Shown: positions 35,427 through 43,025 of the stretch, one piece after another
Layout: each line of letters begins with the position of its first letter
Position numbering within the stretch: the first letter of the stretch is position 1
IMG/VR virus record: IMGVR_UViG_3300020400_000001
Span: 1-58,929 of that record
Origin: a virus
Lineage: Duplodnaviria > Caudoviricetes
Strand: one strand, 5' to 3'
Length of the DNA stretch: 58,929 nucleotides
Notes under the pieces: model-generated
Told to the model about the DNA's origin: nothing
Seen by the model: the letters and a program-made list of their open reading frames with translations, nothing else
The model's database searches: none
Position numbers and translations under genes: made by a program

Positions 35427-36973
35427 TGAGTAGCTACGATAAATCTCAGAGGTCTCTTCATGGTGGTCTTTCTGCTAATGAAGTAATGCTCAAGGCGAAA
35501 AACAAATTGATGAATTCTGAGTCAGGTCTTGCATCAATTCTTTTGAGTCTGCCCTTGGAAGAGGATAGTTCTTTTGACACCATGGCAACCAATGGCGAGG
35601 TCATAAAATACAATCCTGATTTTGTCCTCGGTCTACCGATGGAAGAAATCAAAGGTGTCCTCATTCACGAGGCTCTTCATGTTGTATGGGGTCATCATCT
35701 TAGAAGAGGCGATAGGCATCCGAAGCTTTGGAATATTGCTACTGATTATGCAATCAATGGCTATGAAGTTTATAAGCTTGGGAAACAGTTGCCTCAAGGT
35801 GCATTGCTCTCGCATAGATACCTAAACAAAGATGGCTCTATCATGGATGCGGATACCATTCATGACATCTTGTTCGATGACGATGAGGCTCTTCAAGAAG
35901 CTATCGATGATATGCAACAGCAGATGGGCGATGACTCTGACGAGAACGAAAGTCAGGGTCAGGGTCAGGATGACAATCAAGATGAGTCTGAAGAGGATAC
36001 TCAAGGCTCAGGCTCAGGCGATGGCGATGAGGAAACCGATGAGGAAACCGAAGGTCAGGGTTCAGGCGGAAATGCAGATGGAGATGCGGAGACTGGTGAT
36101 GATGAAAATATTACTGGTCAGGGTTTCTCCGATGAGCGTTCTCCTGAGACCAATGAGTCAGGGAAGATTGACTTGAATGATTTGCCTCAGATGGCTGGCG
36201 GTGTCTTTGACATGACTAACGAAGATGGCTCTCAGTTTTCTGAAGATGAGTTGCAAGAGCAGATAACTAAACTTGATGCTCAAGTAATGATGGCAGAGAA
36301 AGTTCAAGGCATGATTAATTCAGGCGAAGGCTCAGGGATTGATTATCTCGGAGGTCGTAAGTCTGAGTTGGTTGAGCAAGTTGTTCCTTGGGAGGATATG
36401 TTTAGAGATATGTTCACTCAGGTTCAATCGAACAATAACACTTGGTCTATGCCTAATCGCAGACACATGGCTCGTGGTATCTATATGCCTAGTAAGGACA
36501 AAGAACCATCAATCAAAAATGTCGTGATGCTGGTTGATGTTTCAGGTTCTACTGAGGGTGATAGAGACTCATTCATTACTGAGGCTCTCGCTATCCTCGA
36601 AGAGTTTCAGGTCAAGAAACTCATGGTCAATAGGTATGCTGGTGTCGCTCTCAGAAATGAGCAAGGCGAATACTTCGATGTCTACGATACTGACCAAGGA
36701 GATGAGATGCCTGATAAAGATGAAATCAATTTTGCTGGGTCAGGGTGGACTAACTTCGATGCGCCATTCAATGCTGTCGAAGAGTTCCTCGACCTTGATG
36801 AGATTGATTTGATTGTTCACTTCTCGGATGGAGAGGGAAGCTTCGAGCAAGAACATGATGCCTTGCTTGATACTCCTATCTGTCATGTCTTTAGCTATGG
36901 TCAGGATGGCAGTAGCTATGGCGGTAATGAGATTGAAGAGTCAGGTTTCGGAGAAGTTATCTACATGAGTTAA
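35426..36973 (+). CDS. DUF2201-type metallopeptidase-like plus VWA domain protein
   Basis: TMATNG..IKYNPDFV, HEALH (HExxH), WNIATDYAIN, acidic linker, MIDAS DVSGS, GWTNF, FSDG. Confidence 0.85.
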   Translation: MSSYDKSQRSLHGGLSANEVMLKAKNKLMNSESGLASILLSLPLEEDSSFDTMATNGEVIKYNPDFVLGLPMEEIKGVLIHEALHVVWGHHLRRGDRHPKLWNIATDYAINGYEVYKLGKQLPQGALLSHRYLNKDGSIMDADTIHDILFDDDEALQEAIDDMQQQMGDDSDENESQGQGQDDNQDESEEDTQGSGSGDGDEETDEETEGQGSGGNADGDAETGDDENITGQGFSDERSPETNESGKIDLNDLPQMAGGVFDMTNEDGSQFSEDELQEQITKLDAQVMMAEKVQGMINSGEGSGIDYLGGRKSELVEQVVPWEDMFRDMFTQVQSNNNTWSMPNRRHMARGIYMPSKDKEPSIKNVVMLVDVSGSTEGDRDSFITEALAILEEFQVKKLMVNRYAGVALRNEQGEYFDVYDTDQGDEMPDKDEINFAGSGWTNFDAPFNAVEEFLDLDEIDLIVHFSDGEGSFEQEHDALLDTPICHVFSYGQDGSSYGGNEIEESGFGEVIYMS

Positions 36974-37074
36974 TCTCAATGAGCGTTCTGAGAGGAGGTT
37001 TTTAGGGTGGTACTAAACCTTAGCCTCCTCTCTTTTCGCCAGCGAGAGAGCCTCTATGGAGGTCGAATTCAGGA

Positions 37075-37158
37075 AACTGATAGAGAAAATGTGTGTTTTC
37101 TCCTGATGACTCAATATGAGAGCGTGTAAGCGTTGGTTCAAAAGAACCGAAATCAGTT
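37075..37158 (+). ncRNA. Type III hammerhead ribozyme HH4 with a 25-nt insertion in the core
   Basis: AACTGA-TA^-GAGAAAA tgtgtg TTTTCTC-CTGATGA-[37110-37134]-GGTTC aaaa GAACC-GAAA-TCAGTT; AUA cleavage after 37082. Confidence 0.8.
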
Positions 37159-37186
37159 CCTTTTAACTTTCAAATGCGAGGTGCAT

Positions 37187-37366
37187 ATGAAAAAAATATA
37201 TGAAAAGTTTTTGAGTCTTTTCAAAACTCAAGTGGTGGAAGATAAATCTTATTATCTTTCGTATGAGAATGGTGGTGTTCTTGTTTTGCACAATCCTGTG
37301 GAACAGGGAGGAGAAAATATTACGAGTAATATTTCCTCAAGCGTCACAAAAACTGGAGGTGCGTAA
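37187..37366 (+). CDS. Small early protein (59 aa)
   Basis: GAGGTG RBS gives start 37187; TAATG coupling. Confidence 0.7.
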   Translation: MKKIYEKFLSLFKTQVVEDKSYYLSYENGGVLVLHNPVEQGGENITSNISSSVTKTGGA

Positions 37367-37665
37367 TGGCAGAAGTAAAAGAAACAATGTTGTACATGGA
37401 TGAGCGAGTTGCTTTGAAGAATGAGGTAAGTGATTTGCTTGATACTATTTCTGTGATAGCTGATGACTTACTTTCTTATCAAGAAAGTATCGACAGACTA
37501 GATGGAATTAGTCTAGATAAAGTGAAAGACCTGAAAAGGTCACTTGTGACTTTCTCTAACATCTGCGAGGGTGGAGTTGTCGAAGCGTGTCAAGTTGCTC
37601 AGGCATCACTTGGTTTCTTAATAAGAGAAATTGAGGAAGATAGAGAGCAAGGAGGTTCGCTATGA
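37366..37665 (+). CDS. Hypothetical acidic early protein
   Basis: GGAGGT RBS; 99 aa. Confidence 0.75.
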   Translation: MAEVKETMLYMDERVALKNEVSDLLDTISVIADDLLSYQESIDRLDGISLDKVKDLKRSLVTFSNICEGGVVEACQVAQASLGFLIREIEEDREQGGSL

Positions 37666-37922
37666 GTGATACAGTTCTTAAATTGTCAAAGCAAAGACAC
37701 AAAATCTTAGAAAAGTCTGCAAGGAAGGTGGACATTCTGCTCACAATTCCGATGGAAGAAGCTATAGCAATGGCAACACTTCTTGAGGTCTTGATTGAGT
37801 CTGCTAGTGGGTCAGAGCCTTTGGAGTTTTGGAAGAGTGATGAGCAAGTTGTAGAGATTTGCAATTCAGTTTTGAAATTTCTCGACAAAGCAGAAGTAAA
37901 AGTCTCGGAGGTTTCCCAATGA
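37662..37922 (+). CDS. Hypothetical early protein
   Basis: GGAGGT RBS; ATGA overlap. Confidence 0.75.
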   Translation: MSDTVLKLSKQRHKILEKSARKVDILLTIPMEEAIAMATLLEVLIESASGSEPLEFWKSDEQVVEICNSVLKFLDKAEVKVSEVSQ

Positions 37923-38932
37923 GTATCATTTCAAAGGCTAATCCTACATGGTTGAATAGGGATGTTATTAGAGAACATTTCAGTACCATGCCTCATGGAG
38001 GTGTTCACAAAGCGGAAGGCTTCGGAGATGTTGAGAATAGATACAACACTATAGAGTCTACTGCTCTTTACATGACTTCCATGCTTGACTATGTAGATGT
38101 CAATGGAGAATGGATTGATAGGTTCATTGATGAAGATGTTTTGCTCGAAGAGTTAAAGGCTCATGTGCATGACCTTCATGGCAATCCTGATGAGTTGGAA
38201 ATGGATGATACGCTCGAAGATAATCTCATGTTTAATTGTCATAAGCGTGACTATGGAGAGCGTGGTCGTTTCATGCTTCATCATCCTTGCTTAATCTCTA
38301 TCGTGTATCCATCTACAAGGTGGCATATCCATGAAACTAATCTCAGATACTGGCTCAAGGTTTCTGCTCTGAGAAAAGCTTATCTTGAAAAAGATGTTGA
38401 TGCTTATCTCATAAATATAGAGAGACCTTATCGAGTGCCTGAGTTTGTTCGTTGGTGCTTACATGACCAGCAGAAAAACAATGCTAATCCGAGTGAATAT
38501 ACTGAGCATTGCAATCTTTCAAAAGAAAAATATTGGGAGGTTGTTCGCTGGTTGTGGACTGATACAGAGAATGTCTATGAACATTTTGTTCCTTGGATGG
38601 CTCTGATATTAGACCACGATGCGAAAGACATAAGACTCATGATGGATAAAGAAGATAGGGAAACCTTTGACCATTTACCTGACGAGTTCTATGTCTATCG
38701 AGGTGGAGAACACGAGCATATGTCTTGGACTTTAAGCAAACAAAAAGCTGAATGGTTTAGAGATAGATACGAAGGCTTGCGAGACTGCAAGCTTTTTGAA
38801 AAGAGTATCAAGAAAGATGAGGTGCTTGCTTATATCAATGCAAGAGACGAGGCAGAGATTATTCTCAGACCTCCAACCGAAACCTTTGTTGATTTCTGTA
38901 TCGAAGAGCAATTCAGAATAACGAAAGCATAA
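37919..38932 (+). CDS. Putative R-S-E clade ADP-ribosyltransferase
   Basis: C-terminal VYRG...MSWTLS...A.WF...DEAEIIL; start reassigned to 37919 (GGAGG RBS). Confidence 0.6.
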   Translation: MSIISKANPTWLNRDVIREHFSTMPHGGVHKAEGFGDVENRYNTIESTALYMTSMLDYVDVNGEWIDRFIDEDVLLEELKAHVHDLHGNPDELEMDDTLEDNLMFNCHKRDYGERGRFMLHHPCLISIVYPSTRWHIHETNLRYWLKVSALRKAYLEKDVDAYLINIERPYRVPEFVRWCLHDQQKNNANPSEYTEHCNLSKEKYWEVVRWLWTDTENVYEHFVPWMALILDHDAKDIRLMMDKEDRETFDHLPDEFYVYRGGEHEHMSWTLSKQKAEWFRDRYEGLRDCKLFEKSIKKDEVLAYINARDEAEIILRPPTETFVDFCIEEQFRITKA

Positions 38933-38954
38933 AAAAAACAAGGAAGTAAAAATT

Positions 38955-39004
38955 AGCGGAGGCTATGTGGTATTAATTTACTGCATAGTCTCCGCTTTTT
39001 TTTT
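38955..39004 (+). terminator. Intrinsic terminator ending the early operon
   Basis: AGCGGAGGCTATGTGGTA / TACTGCATAGTCTCCGCT stem followed by a T tract. Confidence 0.88.
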
Positions 39005-39095
39005 GGTCAAAAATCCTCTCCCGAAAACTATTACTGGTAAATATTTTTTCACCATCTCGTGTACGCTTGGTGGAGATTATGGTCAGAAAATTGAA

Positions 39096-39127
39096 TGTGG
39101 ATAATTCTGTGGATAAGCTGTGAATAG
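39096..39127 (-). promoter_or_regulatory. Tandem DnaA boxes
   Basis: TGTGGATAA (reverse complement of TTATCCACA) at 39096-39104 and 39108-39116; one-mismatch TGTGAATAG at 39119-39127. Confidence 0.75.
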
Positions 39128-39128
39128 T

Positions 39129-39157
39129 TTGACGAGGTGCAAGCCGATTGCTATACT
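39129..39157 (+). promoter_or_regulatory. Strong sigma70 promoter for the sRNA
   Basis: TTGACG-17 bp-TATACT with extended -10 TG. Confidence 0.82.
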
Positions 39158-39162
39158 GGTTG

Positions 39163-39261
39163 AACAGCGACAGAGATTGTCGTTATTAAGAAGTGTTTTA
39201 ACGACACCTCCTAAGAAAGTTAAAAGTTGAGAGAGGTAATAGACTGCCTCTCTCTTTTTTT
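39163..39261 (+). ncRNA. Putative trans-acting antisense sRNA (~98 nt) against the hammerhead-linked leaders
   Basis: Own promoter and terminator, no ORF; CACCTCC (39205-39211) and AAGAAAGTTAAAAGT (39213-39227) are complementary to the RBS and TTTTAACTTT box of all four leaders. Confidence 0.78.
39229..39261 (+). terminator. Intrinsic terminator of the sRNA
   Basis: GAGAGAGGTA-atagac-TGCCTCTCTC-TTTTTTT. Confidence 0.88.
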
Positions 39262-39365
39262 GTACAATGGGTTATTGGTTTATTTTTTTCATACCAATTC
39301 TCCCAATGAGGAGGTACTAGTACAATAAAATAATTCTTCTCTAGTGCCTCCTCTCTAAATTAAAA

Positions 39366-39394
39366 TTGAATTACTGATAGCATTTCTCTACAAT
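39366..39394 (+). promoter_or_regulatory. Putative sigma70 promoter giving a leaderless mRNA
   Basis: TTGAAT-17 bp-TACAAT; ATG 39401 falls at the expected +1 and has no SD. Confidence 0.55.
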
Positions 39395-39400
39395 AGCATT

Positions 39401-39712
39401 ATGTATGCAGTTGTAAGACACACTTACGAATTAGATTTGCCTGAACCTTTTGTTAAATCTTCTCAAAAAAGTATAGGGAGATGGGTGCATAAGGTGTGGG
39501 TACATGACTCCGAGTTAGATGCGATTGCTCATGCGATTAAATTACTTGACGAACCTCTGTTGAAACATGATGAGTGGGCGATGGATATTGCTATAGAACA
39601 GTTAAAAAATAATAGGTTCTATCAGTTGGGTAAAGAAAGCGTAGCGATAGCAGAAGTAGAACCTTCGCCTGACATAGTGTACTTACATGATGACGATAAC
39701 AAAATTAATTGA
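39401..39712 (+). CDS. Hypothetical protein
   Basis: 103 aa ORF. Confidence 0.7.
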   Translation: MYAVVRHTYELDLPEPFVKSSQKSIGRWVHKVWVHDSELDAIAHAIKLLDEPLLKHDEWAMDIAIEQLKNNRFYQLGKESVAIAEVEPSPDIVYLHDDDNKIN

Positions 39713-39721
39713 GGAGGCTAT

Positions 39722-40084
39722 ATGGCTGAGAAAAATTTATATATTAGGTGTGATGAAGAAACCTATGTGAAGGCAAGAGAGTTGGCACAAAAAAATCTTC
39801 GCTCTTTAAACAGACAAGTAATTCATTTAATCAATGAAGCTTATGATAGCGTTGTGAAATCAGAACCGCAGATTGCAGAACCACAACCTATCCAAGCAGA
39901 ACCACAACCTATCCAAGATGAAGAAGATGACAAGTATATTGATGGTGTTTTAAAAACAGATATATACAAATATAGAGACGATGTTCCTCGTGAAATCTTA
40001 GAAGAGTGGGAAAGTCAGGGTAAGCTTACTCAGTCAGGTTTAAAAAAGCTTTCTGAAATAAGGAAATTGGACTCGTCTGACTAA
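39722..40084 (+). CDS. Arc-like ribbon-helix-helix DNA-binding protein
   Basis: KNLYIRCDEETYVKARELAQKNLRSLNRQVIHLI matches the Arc/Mnt pattern; GAGGAGG RBS; internal AEPQPIQ repeat. Confidence 0.75.
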   Translation: MAEKNLYIRCDEETYVKARELAQKNLRSLNRQVIHLINEAYDSVVKSEPQIAEPQPIQAEPQPIQDEEDDKYIDGVLKTDIYKYRDDVPREILEEWESQGKLTQSGLKKLSEIRKLDSSD

Positions 40085-40550
40085 GATACCAAAAGTTTAG
40101 CATTGCATCTGAGCAATCAATCACACTATCAAGTTGCGACTGAGTAATCCTATCAGGGTTCTCAGTCATGACTTTCCAAAACTCTTTCTCCTTCTTACTT
40201 CCACAATCCTCAACCAATCTGTTTTGAACTTGGCTTAGTACAAGTGGTTTTGTATTGACGCTGGGAGAACTATTACTGGTAAATATTTTGTCAAGGTCGC
40301 CAGCCGAACTCTGTGGAAAAACTCCTGACCTAGAAATCAAACCTAAATATTTATCACAAACATTGTGTTGTTTCTCGTTGATTAGTTGTTCGGTATAAAG
40401 CTTGTCGATAATATGCTGGTCAAAGACTATGGCTCTACCAACCTTGGTATTGTCAATGCTTCTAACTTCTACCTTGTGTCTCAGATGTAGATAGGAATTT
40501 CCTACATCATTTACGATTAGAACTTCCTCAGAAATCCCAGTCGAAGTCAT
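40026..40550 (-). CDS. Hypothetical protein downstream of primase-helicase
   Basis: ORF overlapping the helicase 3' end; start probably 40550. Confidence 0.6.
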   Translation of the reverse strand: MTSTGISEEVLIVNDVGNSYLHLRHKVEVRSIDNTKVGRAIVFDQHIIDKLYTEQLINEKQHNVCDKYLGLISRSGVFPQSSAGDLDKIFTSNSSPSVNTKPLVLSQVQNRLVEDCGSKKEKEFWKVMTENPDRITQSQLDSVIDCSDAMLNFWYLSQTSPISLFQKAFLNLTE

Positions 40551-42348
40551 CTTCTTGTTCTTCAATCTCTCCATACCTACCATTTACTGGATTATAATTA
40601 AGCTTAACACAGCCGAGTTTAGCGTTCCAATACCACCTTGCCTTGGTGCAATGTATTTCGACAGCCTCGTTGCCTCTATGGACTGCTAGGCAGACATCAG
40701 GCTTGGTACTCCATGCCATCGACTTAGCTATATCAAGCGGTGTTGGGTGTCCTACTTTTTCTTTGTTGAATGGTTTGCTCGGATGTGCCACGAACCAAAC
40801 CAAACAATCTGTTTGCTTGGCAAAGAGTTGCACCTTGCTCAACATATCGCTGACCATATCTGTTTCTAAAGCATAAGACTTATCGGTATGTATAAAGTTG
40901 AATGGGTCTATTACTAACATCCTACATCCCATCCTTTGGATACTTGCTTGTGCTTTATCAAGGATAGCTTCTATTGTCGGTAATCCTCCATCCAAATAAT
41001 CTTGGAACAATATGTGTTCCTCTATCCATGCGGAAGCATCATTCCTTTCTGCCTCTGTCATTCTTTCATTGTGTCCTTTGAAAAATGGCTTGCCAGTTAG
41101 TATCTGAGCGAGTTGCACGCTGTGAAATGAGGGCGGTTTTTCAAAGCTAGCATAACAAGTTTTCCAACCATACAGCTTGCCAGCATTGACTATCACTTGG
41201 TCGAGGAAAGCAGACTTCCCATGACCAGCCCATCCAGTCACGACATAAAGCTGACCAGTCTGAAGTGTGAACAAATCATCCAAGGACTTTATTCCAGTTG
41301 ATATACCTGAAGGCTTGCCATCTTTGTACAAACTCTCGAACTCATCTGAGTAATGCTTCATATTGTTCAATCCATGTAAAGGAATGGGTTCTGCATTGAG
41401 GACTTGCTTCCTCAGAGTTGCCTCGTCTGTATTGATAAGTAATTCATTGGCATCTTTGTATCCTTTGTAATCAACACGATAGCACTTTGCTTTCCCAATC
41501 CTTCTGCTCAATTCGTGAACCAAACAATCTCCAGCAGTATCAGTATCTGAGGCTAGTATTATCTTGTCATACTTGTCTAACAAATCTTTATCATTCCAAA
41601 CATACTTGAACCTACCATCTTCACTTGGGTCTACCTTCCCATCAGTAATCTTGTTAGGACTTCCATTTGGCACAGAGAAAACAGAGACATCCATATCTGC
41701 ATCCAAGAAAGCTTGCTTGATTGACAAGGCATCCATCTCTCCTTCTGTTATAACCAATCCCTCAATCCTTTTACTTTCGTCTCCTTCCTTTCCCCACAAT
41801 TTGCTAGCAGAATTTGTCCACCAAAAGTCTTTCTTGCCATTGGCTGTACGCCATTTACAAGCAGAAACTTTTCCGTTTTCCCAGTATGGAAAACCTATTA
41901 CCAGTAAATGTTTTGTCTCCTCCCAGACACAATCCATTTTTTTGGCGGTATCTAAATCAATCTTTCTATTGCCCAACCATTGTTCAATCTTCTGCTCGCA
42001 CTCCGATAGCTTCTCTTCTTTTATTGTGCCTATAGATATGCTTCCTCCTTTGGAACTCATGATACTTAAACTACCACTTGTTGTTAGTGTGGCTGATGTT
42101 GTTGAGTCGCTTACTATTTCCATACTTCTTTCTCCTTTTCTAGATATGCCTCCCTTGATATTACAATGATGGCAGTAATAGGTAATCATATCTATGCTAA
42201 TGTTCACACTCAAAGGTGTGTCCTTTTTGTTTTTCTTTCTTTGGCTGGAACAGTTAGGGCAAATGATTTTGTATTGACCTACCTTCAGACCTGATGTCCT
42301 TGGGTTGCTATCAATATGCTGGCGAATTTCTTTCTTTTCCATTCTCAC
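40528..42348 (-). CDS. Bifunctional primase-helicase (T7 gp4/Twinkle-like)
   Basis: Zn finger CPNC...CHHC, TOPRIM ITEGEMDAL and DTD, Walker A GWAGHGKS, VIDP, VAHP. Confidence 0.92.
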   Translation of the reverse strand: MRMEKKEIRQHIDSNPRTSGLKVGQYKIICPNCSSQRKKNKKDTPLSVNISIDMITYYCHHCNIKGGISRKGERSMEIVSDSTTSATLTTSGSLSIMSSKGGSISIGTIKEEKLSECEQKIEQWLGNRKIDLDTAKKMDCVWEETKHLLVIGFPYWENGKVSACKWRTANGKKDFWWTNSASKLWGKEGDESKRIEGLVITEGEMDALSIKQAFLDADMDVSVFSVPNGSPNKITDGKVDPSEDGRFKYVWNDKDLLDKYDKIILASDTDTAGDCLVHELSRRIGKAKCYRVDYKGYKDANELLINTDEATLRKQVLNAEPIPLHGLNNMKHYSDEFESLYKDGKPSGISTGIKSLDDLFTLQTGQLYVVTGWAGHGKSAFLDQVIVNAGKLYGWKTCYASFEKPPSFHSVQLAQILTGKPFFKGHNERMTEAERNDASAWIEEHILFQDYLDGGLPTIEAILDKAQASIQRMGCRMLVIDPFNFIHTDKSYALETDMVSDMLSKVQLFAKQTDCLVWFVAHPSKPFNKEKVGHPTPLDIAKSMAWSTKPDVCLAVHRGNEAVEIHCTKARWYWNAKLGCVKLNYNPVNGRYGEIEEQEDDFDWDF

Positions 42349-42353
42349 TCTCC

Positions 42354-42413
42354 TATATACTTACTATGTATATACTTACTAAAATACTTACTAAGTACCT
42401 ACTACCACTTACT
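42354..42413. repeat. Five iteron-like (TATA)TACYTACT repeats upstream of primase-helicase
   Basis: 42354, 42369, 42384, 42396, 42407; reverse complement resembles the 30897-30985 repeats. Confidence 0.65.
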
Positions 42414-42689
42414 ATCTACCATGCGATTGATTTCATTCGCAAGAATTTTTCTAGACACAAGCGGATAATCATAAAGGTTCTTAACAGCCTCCAAGATATT
42501 CTCAGAATTAATCTCATACCTCATGCAGAGTTTCTTGAAAGACTCTGACTGGAAATACTCAATAGCTTCTGTGGAAATATCTAGGTTTTTGGAAGCGATG
42601 TCTCGTATTGCTTGTTGCAAAATTTTTTTATCGAGATGCTTACCAAAATCCATGAGAGGCAGTATAAATTTTTTTTTACTTTTTTTCAA
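42402..42689 (-). CDS. Hypothetical protein
   Basis: 95 aa ORF upstream of primase; start uncertain. Confidence 0.55.
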   Translation of the reverse strand: MKKSKKKFILPLMDFGKHLDKKILQQAIRDIASKNLDISTEAIEYFQSESFKKLCMRYEINSENILEAVKNLYDYPLVSRKILANEINRMVDSKW

Positions 42690-42754
42690 ACTTTACCGCC
42701 ACACTTCTCATTTTTCGTGTATAGTATAGGAATATTATATACACATTAACTACT

Positions 42755-43006
42755 ATGAAATACGAAATTGAAAAAGATGTGCCGATGCCTGAGCGTAATT
42801 TGAGAGGGAAACCTATCAAGTACGACTTGCCTCTTATCCAAATGGATAAGGGAGACCATATCTTTATCAAGATTAGTAAGTCTAAGATTGATAAGGAAAT
42901 CAAGATAATAAGAAACGCTGTTCATAGGTTTAAATCTGTGCGACTCGATATGTCGTTCTCTGTTATTAAGATGAAAGGTGGTGTTGGTATATGGCGAACT
43001 AACTAA
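42755..43006 (+). CDS. Small basic putative DNA-binding protein
   Basis: YEIEKDVPMP...KYDLPL..MDKGDHIF...GVGIWR, a common phage family. Confidence 0.65.
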   Translation: MKYEIEKDVPMPERNLRGKPIKYDLPLIQMDKGDHIFIKISKSKIDKEIKIIRNAVHRFKSVRLDMSFSVIKMKGGVGIWRTN

Positions 43007-43025
43007 CTTTATAAGGGAGGCTAAA

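Noticed and set aside
39861-39917. Tandem 21-bp repeat in the Arc-like gene
   Set aside because: In-frame AEPQPIQ linker duplication; no sign of separate function
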